Positions 1-10,952 of a stretch of 64,000 nt of DNA are shown one piece after another. The stretch comes from Promethearchaeota archaeon (GTDB taxonomy: Archaea; Asgardarchaeota; Lokiarchaeia; Sigyniarchaeales; SOKP01). The notes beneath the pieces were generated by a model, which saw only the letters and a list, made by a program, of their open reading frames with translations, was not told where the DNA came from and did not search any database. The position numbers were made by a program, and so were the translations under genes. The stretch is taken from positions 1 through 64,000 of the forward strand of contig JBHLOC010000022.1 in the NCBI GenBank assembly GCA_048940925.1, given 5' to 3'. Position 1 is the stretch's first letter. Each line of letters starts with the position of its first letter.

Positions 1-167
1 ATAAAAAAGAAGGGAATTAATCTCATTAAAGAAATTAATAACTTTTTTACCCAAGAAGCTACCAAACATCAGATTCATATATTTCTATTCCTGAACCTTT
101 TGTAGAATTGAGAAGGAATTTAAAAAAATGAAAAAGAAAAAAATTAACAGAAATTTTTTCGGAGTTA

Positions 168-962
168 TTAAATTCCTTTCCAAACTGGTTTTCTTTTTTC
201 AGCAAACGCTTTTGGTCCCTCTCTAAAATCATGAGATTGGAGAAATTTGTTATACAGCGGAAAATTTGCAAAAAGTGCTTCTTTTAACGTCATTTGAAGT
301 CCATCAATAGCCATTTGTTTAATAGTTCTAATAGCAAGAGGTGAACCTTCCATTATGAGGTTTGCTGTTTCCTCAGCTTCATTTAACAGTTGGGCGAATG
401 GGACAACTTTTTTAACAAAACCATATTGTACTCCTTCTTGAGCAGTCATCCGTTTGCGGGTAAGAAGAATATCCATCGCTAAATGATATGGAAGATATCT
501 TACTAACCGATGGATTCCTCCACCTGAAGGAATTCTTCCCACTACGGGTTCAGGTAGGCAAAATGTGGCATGTTCAGCAGCTATCATAAGATCACAGCTT
601 AAAGCAAGCTCAAAACCTCCTCCATATGCAAGACCGTTTATTGCAGCGATTATTGGTTTGGTAATCCTGAAATTTCTTATTAAAGACGCTCCTTGGCTTC
701 TAACTTTTTCATAAGCCTCTCTTCTTTCTTTATCGCTAGTTGTCGCGGCCCATTTTAAGTCAGCACCCGCTGAGAAAGCTCTTTCCCCAGTGCCTGTTAT
801 AATTGCGACCCAAGCATTAGGTTCATCTTCAAATTCATTTAATGCATGACCCAATTCTAATTGAATATATGGATGAAGTGCATTCAGAACTTCTGGTCGA
901 TTTAGGGTTACAATTGTAATATGTCCTTTCTTCTCTACAATTATATGTTTATATTCCATCAT
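168..962 (-). CDS. Enoyl-CoA hydratase/isomerase (crotonase superfamily, CaiD-like)
   Basis: LNRPEVLNAL, AFSAGADL oxyanion loop, GGGFE and LPE catalytic glutamates, EGPKAFAEKRKPVWKG C-terminus. Confidence 0.93.
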   Translation of the reverse strand: MMEYKHIIVEKKGHITIVTLNRPEVLNALHPYIQLELGHALNEFEDEPNAWVAIITGTGERAFSAGADLKWAATTSDKERREAYEKVRSQGASLIRNFRITKPIIAAINGLAYGGGFELALSCDLMIAAEHATFCLPEPVVGRIPSGGGIHRLVRYLPYHLAMDILLTRKRMTAQEGVQYGFVKKVVPFAQLLNEAEETANLIMEGSPLAIRTIKQMAIDGLQMTLKEALFANFPLYNKFLQSHDFREGPKAFAEKRKPVWKGI

Positions 963-995
963 ATTTCAAATCTTTATTATGTATTTTTATATAAT

Positions 996-1265
996 CTATA
1001 TTCCTTTCCAAATTGGTTTTCTATTTTCAGAGAACGCTCTTGGACCTTCAAGAAAATCATGAGATTGAATAAATGTTCGATAGAGGTGAAATAATGTCAT
1101 TACAGATATAAGATTCTTGCCTAAAAGTCCAATGTGAACTAGTTCTCCTAATCCACCTACTTCTGACCCACCAGTTGCAATCTGTTCTGTATGAAACGAT
1201 CCTATTGGCTCAGAAGATAGAGGATATTTTATCCCGAACATTTCTGTAATATTTATTTTTATTAT
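996..1265 (-). pseudogene. Chimeric remnant: decayed nitronate monooxygenase/FabK-like N-terminus fused to the C-terminal ~30 codons of a crotonase paralog
   Basis: Reads IKINITEMFGIKYP...GGSEVGGLG (NMO/FabK-type N-terminus), then LYRTFIQSHDFLEGPRAFSENRKPIWKGI, a near copy of the C-terminus of 168..962. Confidence 0.75.
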
Positions 1266-1460
1266 GAATAATCAACTTTTTAAGTTACACTTTAAAATAT
1301 CTTTTTATAATAAAAATGATATGTTAAATTTTCTGATAAATCTTTTTTAATAGCAAATTGGGAGATTTTTAAGCCATGAATATTATGAAATATAGCACCT
1401 ATAGTAATATGGCTTTAAGATTTATGAATTTTGAAATAATAAGCTACTATTGACAAGATT

Positions 1461-2123
1461 ATGACAAACCCACACAAGAATTTTGAGGAATTTTTGAAAC
1501 AAACCTTTTTTATGGATTATGAACATCCCTCCATTCAGGAAAAGGCAAAAGAATTAACCGAGGGTATTCCAGAAGAGGATGATATTAGCAAGGCAATACA
1601 ACTTTTTTATTTTGTGAGAGATCAGATTAAATATTCAGTTAAAAATGCTCGTGAATCTTACAATAAAGAAAATTGGAAATCAAGTATAACTCTTAAAAGG
1701 GGCTTTGGATTCTGCATTCCAAAAGCAATACTGCTGGCTTCATTAGCTAGAGCTGTTGGAATACCTTCTAGACTTCATTATGTTGATATTGTAAACCACA
1801 TGACTTCAGAAAGACTTAAAAAAGATATGGGATCAAATCTCTTCATCTTCCATGGATTTGTTGAACTATTCTTAAATGGTAAATGGGTAGAAGCTAATTG
1901 CGCTTTTGATAAAGAATTATGCTTGAGAAAAAACTTTCCCTGGGTTGATTTTGATGGAATAAAGGATGGACTTTTTGCGAGCACAAACAAAGACGGAAAA
2001 CCATTTGTAGAATACATTAAGGATCGTGGTGTTTATAATGACGCACCACATCAAAAAATTATGGAAACTTGGGCTATAGAATATCCAAATCGTTATAGTC
2101 CTAATGGAAAACCAATAAAATGA
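1461..2123 (+). CDS. Transglutaminase-like superfamily protein
   Basis: GFCIPKAILLASLARAVGIPSR (catalytic Cys), FHGFVELFLNGKW (His). Confidence 0.9.
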   Translation: MTNPHKNFEEFLKQTFFMDYEHPSIQEKAKELTEGIPEEDDISKAIQLFYFVRDQIKYSVKNARESYNKENWKSSITLKRGFGFCIPKAILLASLARAVGIPSRLHYVDIVNHMTSERLKKDMGSNLFIFHGFVELFLNGKWVEANCAFDKELCLRKNFPWVDFDGIKDGLFASTNKDGKPFVEYIKDRGVYNDAPHQKIMETWAIEYPNRYSPNGKPIK

Positions 2124-2241
2124 TTTTTATACTCTAATACTGAGTCTTTTTTCTCAAAATTCTATGTTTATTTCTATTATTTATTTTCAATAGAAATCTG
2201 AATTATATGATTAAAAGTGAAAAAGAAAAAATAATTTTATT

Positions 2242-3375
2242 TCATGTAGGGGGAGGTGGAGCAAATCTTACAACTCTCTGTTTTTCAACTAATGAGATAG
2301 CATTTTCAGGGCAGAATGCAGCACATATTCCACATCCGATACAAAGATCTTCGTCGGTTTCAGCCTTTCCATCATCGTTTAAACTTTTTGCACCTGAATA
2401 GCATTTTTCTACACATGTCCCACATCCGGCACAGATATCATGATCTACTCGTGCGATATAGTTTGTTAAATTAGCTGTTATTCCTCTTGCTTGACCACAA
2501 CAATCTGAACAACAGTTACATATACTATCCTCTTCTCGCTTAAAATCCATATTGGGATGATAAGCCTTATGAACCAATCCATCTTTTTCAGATTTTTTTA
2601 ATATTTCAAGTGCTTCATCCTTGGAAATCATTCGAGCAAATCCTTGTTCAGTAGTATAGCGAGCAGATTTTCCAAAGGTAAAACAATTTTCTCGCAAATC
2701 AGTCTGCTTACATGATTCTCCTAATAAGTCACGGTAATGGCGGCAATAACAATGTCCAACAGCGATATCATCAAATTTATTAATTATTTCTTCGACTTTT
2801 TGAGTAGATAATATTTTCTCTTTTGGTGCTTCTAATTCTTCATCAATGACAATATTAATTTCTTTCCCAGTTTCAAAATTTTCAGTATAAGGCACTGTCC
2901 TATCAATTGGGCGTATATTTGGAAGAAAGTTTTTCAAAAAATAATCATAATTAGCTAATAATCTCCCTCTAGATTCTTCATTTCGCTTAGCAAATAATCG
3001 AGCTAATTCTAGTTCCCACTCATTATATTGGAGTTTTTTCATAAATGTATATTCAAATACGCCCACATTAACAAATGGCATTAATCGAAACACCATTAAA
3101 CCAGAACTGCTTGGTTGATTCATAATTAAACCCTTTTTAGCTAGAACCTCAACCTTCTTATTAATTTCCTCCTCAGATAACCCACTACTTTCTTTTAATT
3201 GTTCCATGGTCTGAGATCTCCGTTCTTTAAATGCTATTATAAAGTCTAAATATTCTTCTGAAACAATATGTTTCAATATTGCAATTGTAGCGTCACTCAC
3301 GCCAACTGGAGTACCACCGGCTCTATTGATTACCCCAACAGCTTGTTTATATTTCTCATATATAGCTTCTGACAT
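2242..3375 (-). CDS. Multi-Fe-S protein: HTH-like N-terminus, Cys-rich middle domain, C-terminal 2x[4Fe-4S] ferredoxin
   Basis: CYCR..C..C, ICNCCSDCC, CAGCGTCVEKC and CIGCGICAAFCP motifs; paralog of 19508..20644. Confidence 0.85.
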   Translation of the reverse strand: MSEAIYEKYKQAVGVINRAGGTPVGVSDATIAILKHIVSEEYLDFIIAFKERRSQTMEQLKESSGLSEEEINKKVEVLAKKGLIMNQPSSSGLMVFRLMPFVNVGVFEYTFMKKLQYNEWELELARLFAKRNEESRGRLLANYDYFLKNFLPNIRPIDRTVPYTENFETGKEINIVIDEELEAPKEKILSTQKVEEIINKFDDIAVGHCYCRHYRDLLGESCKQTDLRENCFTFGKSARYTTEQGFARMISKDEALEILKKSEKDGLVHKAYHPNMDFKREEDSICNCCSDCCGQARGITANLTNYIARVDHDICAGCGTCVEKCYSGAKSLNDDGKAETDEDLCIGCGICAAFCPENAISLVEKQRVVRFAPPPPT

Positions 3376-3596
3376 TACTCATCAATAATCCTTTAATTTT
3401 CTTTAAAAATTATTGTGTTATAAAATCTATTTCCAATTTTAAAATTTCTTGTTAAACTATTTAATACTTTCTTTAAATCCTGTAATTATCTTAAAATGTA
3501 ATTTAGTATAATGGAAAAGTTTATCATTTTAATTTATTTTAAGAAATACAACTTTATTACAAAATCTTTCGTTTAAATAATTCTTATTATAAGAAA

Positions 3597-4904
3597 ATGT
3601 TAAGAAAGCAACACTTTATAAGTCCTATTATATCGAAACTCGAAAGGGACTTAATTAAGGGAAATATGATGGCACTAGACAAATTTTGGAAGAAAATTGA
3701 ACAAGCTGGAACACCTATAATTGAAACTTTTGAAGATGATGATAATTATAGACTTGTTACCTTTGTTGTACAAGGTACAAATGAAACTAAAAATGTTGTA
3801 ATTATAACTGCATTATCAGATCAAGATGATGTAATTACAAATAATGTTTGTACCCGTATTTTCGACACAAATATTTTCTATAAGACTTTTAAAGTTCTTA
3901 ATGGAACTCGTACAATATATACAATAAGTAAAAATAACGATCTAAGGTATAATAGGTTCTATGATAATATTATCCTTAATTGGCATACCTGTTCCCCCGA
4001 TCCTTTCAACTCAAAAAGATTTCATCAGAGATATCGCAGAGAAGGGCAACGGATTGAAATTGAATATTCTGTTTTAGAAATGCCAGATACAAAACCGCAA
4101 ATATGGACTTTGAAAAATAAAAATATACCTTCAGGAAAAGTACAGGAATTTGTTTTTCATAGTAAATTTTTAAATATGAATCGTAAGATTTGGATATACA
4201 CTCCTCCAAATTTTACCAAAACTGGGAAAAAATATCATTTTTTGGTGATTTTTGATGGAAAGGCTTTTCTTGATTTTACACATCCTCAAATAATATTTAA
4301 TAACTTAATTGCTAAAAATAAGATTCCACCATTAGTAGCTTTTTTTATTCATAATTACAGTGGTTTTCAAAGAGGAAAAGATTTAGATTGCTATCCTCCA
4401 TTTACAGATTTTATAGCTAAAGAACTTGTTGCATGGGCTAAGGAAAAATTTCATATTTCTTCTAATCCTGATGCAGCAGTATTAATGGGAAGTAGTTCAG
4501 GTGCATTAGCAGCTGCGTTTATTGGTTATAGGTATTCAGATGTATTTAGAAAGATTTTATCACAATCAGGATTTTATGGTTGGTTTCCCGGAAATCTATT
4601 TTTCCAGAGGTTGCAGTATTATTATGGAAAAGATTTCGTTCGCTGGTGGACAAAGGAAGACGAACAAGAACCTTATTGGTTAATTAGACAATTTTATAAA
4701 AGTGAAAAATTACCTTTGAAGTTCTATGTAAATGTAGGAAACCTTGAAACTCGAACTAAGCCTTCAGTCTACAGATTTCGTAAGATGCTCAAAGAAAAAA
4801 GATATGAACATTATTATGAAGAATATCCTGGCGGACATGAGTATATTGCTTGGAGAGAACACCTTCCTGAAGGATTAATTTATCTAATAGGTTCTAAATC
4901 TTAA
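3597..4904 (+). CDS. Enterochelin esterase (Fes)-like alpha/beta hydrolase
   Basis: FWKKIEQAGTPIIE N-domain, RKIWIYTPP, FDG, GSSSG nucleophile elbow, SQSG, GGHEYIAW. Confidence 0.85.
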   Translation: MLRKQHFISPIISKLERDLIKGNMMALDKFWKKIEQAGTPIIETFEDDDNYRLVTFVVQGTNETKNVVIITALSDQDDVITNNVCTRIFDTNIFYKTFKVLNGTRTIYTISKNNDLRYNRFYDNIILNWHTCSPDPFNSKRFHQRYRREGQRIEIEYSVLEMPDTKPQIWTLKNKNIPSGKVQEFVFHSKFLNMNRKIWIYTPPNFTKTGKKYHFLVIFDGKAFLDFTHPQIIFNNLIAKNKIPPLVAFFIHNYSGFQRGKDLDCYPPFTDFIAKELVAWAKEKFHISSNPDAAVLMGSSSGALAAAFIGYRYSDVFRKILSQSGFYGWFPGNLFFQRLQYYYGKDFVRWWTKEDEQEPYWLIRQFYKSEKLPLKFYVNVGNLETRTKPSVYRFRKMLKEKRYEHYYEEYPGGHEYIAWREHLPEGLIYLIGSKS

Positions 4905-5018
4905 TATCTTATTTAAAATTTAGAACAGCTACATTCTTTTTATATGAATTCTCAATAAAAATTAAAATTAAACAAAATTTTTAGTGTATTAAAAATTCAA
5001 AAAGAAAAAAATGAGATT

Positions 5019-7316
5019 ATGAGTGAAAATAATAGTGAACTAGCGAAAATTGATATTAAAATAATTAATACTGGCTGCTGTCATGATTGCGGAGGTCGTT
5101 GTACTCTTAAAGCTCATGTTAAAGATGGAAAGATAATACGTTTTGAAACAGATAATGGGGAAGAACCCCAATTACGAGCTTGTTTACGTGGAAGGGCGTA
5201 CAGACAAAAGGTGTATCATCCAGATAGGTTAAAATATCCCATGCGTCGTATTGGAGAACGAGGTGAGGGGAAATTTGAAAGGATATCTTGGGATGAGGCA
5301 TTAGATATTGTAGCAAAAAAATTAAAAGAAATAAAGGAAAAATATGGAAATTCTTCAATATTGTTAGTTCCAGGAGGTGGAAATCAAGGCATGCTCCATG
5401 GGGTAGTACCTGTGGGATTAATGCTTAATCAGTTTGGAGGATTTACTCGTATGTGGGGAATTCCTTCATATGAAGGCGCTCTCTTTGCTTCTATGGCCAC
5501 TTACGGAACCATGATGACTGGAAATGCTCGTGAAGATCTACTTCACTCTAAACTCATCATCATGTGGGGTTGGAATCCAGCTAATACAATATGGGATCCA
5601 AGCACACCATTAATGTTAGCTAAAGCAAGAGAAAAAGGTATCAAGATCATAAATATTGATCCAATTTTTACTGATTCTGCGGCAATTTTAGCGAATCAGT
5701 GGATACCAATTCGACCAGGTACTGATTCTGCTATGTTAATCGCTATGGCATATGTAATCATAAAAGAAAATCTACAAGATCAGAATTTTATTGATAAATA
5801 CACTGTCGGATATGATAGATATAAGGCATATGTAATGGGAAATGAGGATGGAATCCCAAAAACTCCACATTGGGCTGAAAAAATTACAAAAGTCCCAGCA
5901 GAGACAATTATAAGTCTAGCAAAGGAGTATGCTCTTAATAAACCAGCAGCTCTTATAGCAGGATGGGGTCCTGCTCGAACTGCATTGGGAGAACAATATT
6001 CTAGAGCTGCTAATGTTCTTTGCGCTATTACCGGAAATATTGGTATTAAAGGTGGATATGCTTCTGGTTTTATGCGGGCATATTCTAGTAGGGAGACAAT
6101 TACATCAACAAGGAAGAAAAAGACAGGGCCTATTACAGAAGAAGAAAAAAAAGAGATGGAGAAAAAACAGACTCCAAGGGGAAATCCTGTTGATTTTAAA
6201 GCACCTCCTCGTAAAGACGCATTATATAAATTAAGAGGGGGAACTAATCCTGCTAGTACTCGTATTCATTTTAATGAGTATTACGATGCAATATTAAAAG
6301 GTCGAAAGGGTGGTTTTCCCGCAGATTTAAAATTGGCTTATATAGTCGCAGAAAATCGTTTAAATCAATATAGTAATGTCAATAAGGGGATAAAGGCATT
6401 AAAATCTCTTGAATTTATAGTGGTTCATGAACAATTTATGACCCCCACCGCAAAATTTGCTGATATTTTATTGCCAGTAAATACTTTTATGGAACGTAAT
6501 GATATTGCTGTACCTTGGCTGGGATCACCATATTATATTTATTTGAATAAAGCAATTGATTCATTATATGAATCAAAATCAGATCTGGAAATATGTAAAG
6601 AACTTTCAAAAAAATTAGGGTTTGATCCTGGCCTTTTAAATCTTTCAGAAGATCAACTCTTACGAATATTTACATCCCCCCGTAAGGATATAAAGAGTTA
6701 TGTTGAGATGAAAAGAGATGGTTTTTATAAAGTAAAAGTAGAGGAACCTTTTGTTGCATTTAAAGAACAAATAGACGATCCTCAAAATAACCCTTTTCCT
6801 ACATTGTCAGGAAAAATTGAAATCTATTGTGAACATATAGCTGAATTAAACATACCAAACATGCCACCTATTCCAAAATATTTGAGCCATGATGAGCATT
6901 ATGACGCTCCTTTAGCTAAAAAGTATCCTTTACAACTCCTTACTCCACATAATAAGAGGCGAACTCACTCAAGTCTGAGTATGATTCCTTGGCTAGAGGA
7001 AGTGGAACAACATGCAATATGGATTAATCCAATTGATGCAAAAGAGAGAAATATTAAACAGGGTGATTTAGTTGATATTTTTAATGACAGAGGTCGAGTA
7101 AGGATCCCAGCTAATATTACAGAACGAGTTATACCTGGAGTAGTTGTTATTTATCAAGGAGCTTGGTACAGTCCAGATGAAAAAGGTGTTGATATTGGTG
7201 GGTGTGGAAATGTTTTAACAAATGATTCGCATTCTCCTGGTGGCGCTTTTCCTATGAACAGTGCATTAGTTCAAGTAGAAAAATATTCTAAAAACCAACT
7301 GGAGGAAACTTCATGA
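5019..7316 (+). CDS. Molybdopterin oxidoreductase catalytic subunit, DmsA-like, no Tat signal
   Basis: CCHDCGGRC...RACLRG FS0 motif, HPDRLKYPM, WIPIRPGTDSA, TPTAKFADILLP, C-terminal RTHS/INPIDA MGD-binding domain. Confidence 0.92.
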   Translation: MSENNSELAKIDIKIINTGCCHDCGGRCTLKAHVKDGKIIRFETDNGEEPQLRACLRGRAYRQKVYHPDRLKYPMRRIGERGEGKFERISWDEALDIVAKKLKEIKEKYGNSSILLVPGGGNQGMLHGVVPVGLMLNQFGGFTRMWGIPSYEGALFASMATYGTMMTGNAREDLLHSKLIIMWGWNPANTIWDPSTPLMLAKAREKGIKIINIDPIFTDSAAILANQWIPIRPGTDSAMLIAMAYVIIKENLQDQNFIDKYTVGYDRYKAYVMGNEDGIPKTPHWAEKITKVPAETIISLAKEYALNKPAALIAGWGPARTALGEQYSRAANVLCAITGNIGIKGGYASGFMRAYSSRETITSTRKKKTGPITEEEKKEMEKKQTPRGNPVDFKAPPRKDALYKLRGGTNPASTRIHFNEYYDAILKGRKGGFPADLKLAYIVAENRLNQYSNVNKGIKALKSLEFIVVHEQFMTPTAKFADILLPVNTFMERNDIAVPWLGSPYYIYLNKAIDSLYESKSDLEICKELSKKLGFDPGLLNLSEDQLLRIFTSPRKDIKSYVEMKRDGFYKVKVEEPFVAFKEQIDDPQNNPFPTLSGKIEIYCEHIAELNIPNMPPIPKYLSHDEHYDAPLAKKYPLQLLTPHNKRRTHSSLSMIPWLEEVEQHAIWINPIDAKERNIKQGDLVDIFNDRGRVRIPANITERVIPGVVVIYQGAWYSPDEKGVDIGGCGNVLTNDSHSPGGAFPMNSALVQVEKYSKNQLEETS

Positions 7317-7876
7317 ATCAAATGGGATTTTATTTCGATCAAACAAGATGCACTGGCTGCTATACTTGTTCGGTAGCTTGTAAAGATTGGAATAATGTTG
7401 ACGCTGGACCTGAAAATTGGATGCGTATAATAGCAAATGAAAAAGGAAAGTTTCCGAATATATCTCTTTCCTATTTAGCTATAGCTTGTAATCATTGTGC
7501 TAATCCACCATGTGTAAAGGCATGTCCTGTGAAGGCTATTACTAAAAGAGCTAAAGATGGTATAGTAGTAGTAGATCAGGAATTGTGCTTAGGTAAGAGA
7601 ACGTGTGGATCAAAATGTCTGAAAGTCTGCCCTTGGGATGCGCCTCAATTTAATTCAGATGAAAATTCTAAAATGAGGAAATGTAACTTATGTATAGAGA
7701 GATTAGAAGAAGGAAAACAAACGATTTGTGTTGAGGCTTGTCCTATGTACGCTTTAGATGTAGATTCAATTGAAAATTTACAAAAAAAGTATGGGAGTAT
7801 TCACACAGCAGAGGGATTTAAATATCATGAGAAATTTACACCTTCAATAATTTTTAAATCAAAAATAAATGATTAA
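7313..7876 (+). CDS. 4Fe-4S dicluster subunit, DmsB-like
   Basis: QMGFYFDQTRCTGCYTCSVACK, CNHCANPPCVKACP, KCNLC; ATGA overlap with the upstream gene, GGAGG upstream. Confidence 0.92.
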   Translation: MNQMGFYFDQTRCTGCYTCSVACKDWNNVDAGPENWMRIIANEKGKFPNISLSYLAIACNHCANPPCVKACPVKAITKRAKDGIVVVDQELCLGKRTCGSKCLKVCPWDAPQFNSDENSKMRKCNLCIERLEEGKQTICVEACPMYALDVDSIENLQKKYGSIHTAEGFKYHEKFTPSIIFKSKIND

Positions 7877-9377
7877 AATGGAAGAAAAATTTGTTGTCGA
7901 AACCACAAATGGAAAAATTCAAGGGTATTTTAATAGAGGTGTAATAAAATTTAAGGGAATTCCATATGCAGCACCACCAATAGGTAATTTGCGATTCAAA
8001 CCCCCAGTCCCTGTTGAACCTTGGGAAGGAGTACTTGATACTACAAAATATGGACCTGTCGCTCCTCAACCACCATCTGCTCTGGAAAATATGTTTTCAG
8101 ATCCATTACCAAGCAGTGAAGCTGACTGCTTAACTCTTAATATATGGACCCAGGGATTAGATAGTAAAAATAGACCAGTTATGTTTTGGATTCATGGCGG
8201 TGCCTTTATTACTGGAAGTGGTAGAGCGCTAGATGGTTCACGTTTAGTTCTTAGGGGAAATGTGGTCGTTGTGAGTATTAATTATCGTCTTGGGGCTCTT
8301 GGATTCCTATATATGCGTGATTTTCCTGATGTAAGCCCAAATGTGGGATTGCTTGATATGGTAACAGCACTCAAATTTGTAAAAGATAATATTTCCAGGT
8401 TTGGAGGAGACCCGAATAACATTACTATTTTCGGTGAATCAGCAGGGGGATCAGCAGTAGCATGTTTACTTGCTATGCCTTCAGCAAAAGGATTGTTTCA
8501 AAGAGCTATTTTGCAATCTCAAGCTACGAATAAATATAGTCATAATCCTACAAGAGGTACAAGATATTATGAGATCTTAATGGAGAGATTGGGACTTAAA
8601 AAGGGAGATATAGATTCTTTATGTAAAATGCCCTATGAAAAAATAATTGAAGTTCAAGAAAGATTTGAAAGAATTCAATTAGAAATTCCTAGAGCTGGAC
8701 CTGTTATGGATAAAGATACATTACCTACACCTCCCCATGAGGCAGTGATAAATGGTTATACAAAAGACATTGATATATTTATAGGGACAAACTTAGATGA
8801 AACAAAGTTATGGTCAATTTGGGCTCCTGAAGGAGAGGAGATGACGACTGAAGATCTCACAAAAAGTATAGATAATCTTTTGAAATTAACAGGACAGGAT
8901 AAATCTCAATCAAGAGATTTAATTGAAACTTATAAGAAACGTCACAAAAATCCTAGTGATATTAGTGATGCTATTTTTACTGATTTTATGTTTCATATTC
9001 CATCAATTCGTCTAGCAGAAGCACAATCCAAATATCAAAAGAATATTTATATGTATCTTTTCACTTGGCAGAGTTCTTTAGACGGAGGGAAATATGGAGC
9101 AATGCATGCTCTTGAACTTCCTTTTGTTTTTGGTCTTCTTGGAGATAGAGATATTGGAATTTTTCCAGGCAGAACTGAAGAAACTCAGAGATTATCAGAA
9201 CAAATGATGGATACTTGGATTGCATTTGCTCGTTCAGGTAACCCAAATAATAAGAGTATCCCTAAAATACCTCCTTACGATTTAGAGAAAAGAACTACGA
9301 TAATTTTTGACAAGGAGGTTACAATCCAAAATGATCCTTTTAGAAATGAGAGGATTGCTTGGGAAGGTATTTTATAG
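7869..9377 (+). CDS. Type-B carboxylesterase/lipase (pNB esterase-like), copy 1
   Basis: FKGIPYAAPP, HGGAF, GESAG, GTNLDE, HALEL. Confidence 0.93.
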   Translation: MIKMEEKFVVETTNGKIQGYFNRGVIKFKGIPYAAPPIGNLRFKPPVPVEPWEGVLDTTKYGPVAPQPPSALENMFSDPLPSSEADCLTLNIWTQGLDSKNRPVMFWIHGGAFITGSGRALDGSRLVLRGNVVVVSINYRLGALGFLYMRDFPDVSPNVGLLDMVTALKFVKDNISRFGGDPNNITIFGESAGGSAVACLLAMPSAKGLFQRAILQSQATNKYSHNPTRGTRYYEILMERLGLKKGDIDSLCKMPYEKIIEVQERFERIQLEIPRAGPVMDKDTLPTPPHEAVINGYTKDIDIFIGTNLDETKLWSIWAPEGEEMTTEDLTKSIDNLLKLTGQDKSQSRDLIETYKKRHKNPSDISDAIFTDFMFHIPSIRLAEAQSKYQKNIYMYLFTWQSSLDGGKYGAMHALELPFVFGLLGDRDIGIFPGRTEETQRLSEQMMDTWIAFARSGNPNNKSIPKIPPYDLEKRTTIIFDKEVTIQNDPFRNERIAWEGIL

Positions 9378-9433
9378 AATATTTAATTTTGATAATATAA
9401 AAATAATATAAATAGTAAAACAAGTTGTTTTAA

Positions 9434-10927
9434 ATGGAAGAAAATAATATTGTAGAAACAACACATGGTAAAGTAAGGGGATATAGTAGAAGAGGTGTTA
9501 TTAAATTCAAGGGAATTCCATATGCTGCACCTCCTATAGGAAGTCTCCGTTTTAAAGCTCCAGCTCAAGTTGAACCTTGGAGTGGTGTGCTTGATGCTAC
9601 ACAATATAGCCCTATTTCACTTCAGCCACCCGAAAACCTCGAATTCGGAGAACCTCTGCCTCAAAGTGAAGCTGAATGTTTAACTTTAAACATATGGACC
9701 CAAAAATTAGATAATGGTAAAAGACCAGTAATGTTTTGGATCCATGGAGGAGGGTTCCTCACAGGGAGTGCTTTTATTTATGATGGAGCACGGTTAGTTC
9801 TTAGAGGGGACGTGGTTGTAGTTAGTATTAATTATCGTCTTGGATATCTTGGTTTTTTCTATATGCCAGATATGCCTGATACTACTGCAAATGCGGGATT
9901 ACTTGATATGATTGCAGCACTTAAATGGGTAAAAGAGAATATCTCAAAATTTGGAGGAGATCCTAATAACGTCACTATTTTTGGGGAATCTGCTGGCAGC
10001 ATGGCAGTTGCTACCCTACTTGCTATGCCTTCAGCTAAGGGTTTGTTTCATAGAGCTATCCTCCAATCTGGAGCTGCAAATATATTCAGTTTTAATCCGG
10101 GCTCTGCGATTAAAGTATATGAAGAATTAATTCAAAAATTAGGCATTGAAAAAGGAGATATAGACGCATTACGGAAACTTCCTGCTGAAAATTTTATTGT
10201 ACCACAGATGAATCTGACGGGATTCCAAGCAAGAGGATTAAGAGTGGGACCAGTTGTAGATAAAAGCACATTACCAGTTCACCCACTCGAAGCCATATCT
10301 AAGGGATTTGCAAAAGATATCGATATATTCATCGGGTCAAATTTGGATGAAGCCAAATTATTTTTAATGATGAACCCAAAAGCTTTCGAACTTACTGAGG
10401 ATGGATTATATAAGATTGTAAATACATTTATGCGATTTACAAACCAGAAAGAAAGTAAAGCTAAGGAATTAATAGATAAGTATCGAGAATTAAGAAAAAC
10501 CCCAAGAGATATCGCGGATGCAATATCGACAGATTATACTTTTCGGATACCTGCTATTCATCTTGCTGAAGAACAATCCAAATATCAAAAGAACGTTTAT
10601 ATGTATCTTTTCACTTGGCAGAGTCCTTTAGGTGGAGGGAAGTATGGAGCAATGCATGCTCTCGATCTTCCTTTTGTATTCAATATTTTACCCGATAGGG
10701 ATGTATGGATATTCCCGCCTAAAACAGAAGAAACTCAGAAATTATCAGAACAAATGATGGATGCTTGGATTGCATTTGCTCGTTCAGGAAACCCAAATCA
10801 TGAGAATATTCCAGAATTGCCTCCTTATGATTTAGAGAAAAGAGCTACAATAATTTTTGACAAGGAGGTTACAATTCAATATGATCCTTATAGTAATGAA
10901 CGGGAATCTTGGGAAGGTATTTTATAA
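9434..10927 (+). CDS. Type-B carboxylesterase/lipase, copy 2
   Basis: HGGGF, GESAG, GSNLDE, HALDL. Confidence 0.93.
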   Translation: MEENNIVETTHGKVRGYSRRGVIKFKGIPYAAPPIGSLRFKAPAQVEPWSGVLDATQYSPISLQPPENLEFGEPLPQSEAECLTLNIWTQKLDNGKRPVMFWIHGGGFLTGSAFIYDGARLVLRGDVVVVSINYRLGYLGFFYMPDMPDTTANAGLLDMIAALKWVKENISKFGGDPNNVTIFGESAGSMAVATLLAMPSAKGLFHRAILQSGAANIFSFNPGSAIKVYEELIQKLGIEKGDIDALRKLPAENFIVPQMNLTGFQARGLRVGPVVDKSTLPVHPLEAISKGFAKDIDIFIGSNLDEAKLFLMMNPKAFELTEDGLYKIVNTFMRFTNQKESKAKELIDKYRELRKTPRDIADAISTDYTFRIPAIHLAEEQSKYQKNVYMYLFTWQSPLGGGKYGAMHALDLPFVFNILPDRDVWIFPPKTEETQKLSEQMMDAWIAFARSGNPNHENIPELPPYDLEKRATIIFDKEVTIQYDPYSNERESWEGIL

Positions 10928-10952
10928 AAATCAATTATAGGAGATGGTTTAA

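Noticed and set aside
1-135. Possible 3' end of a + strand gene entering the window
   Set aside because: Too little sequence to assign a frame or product
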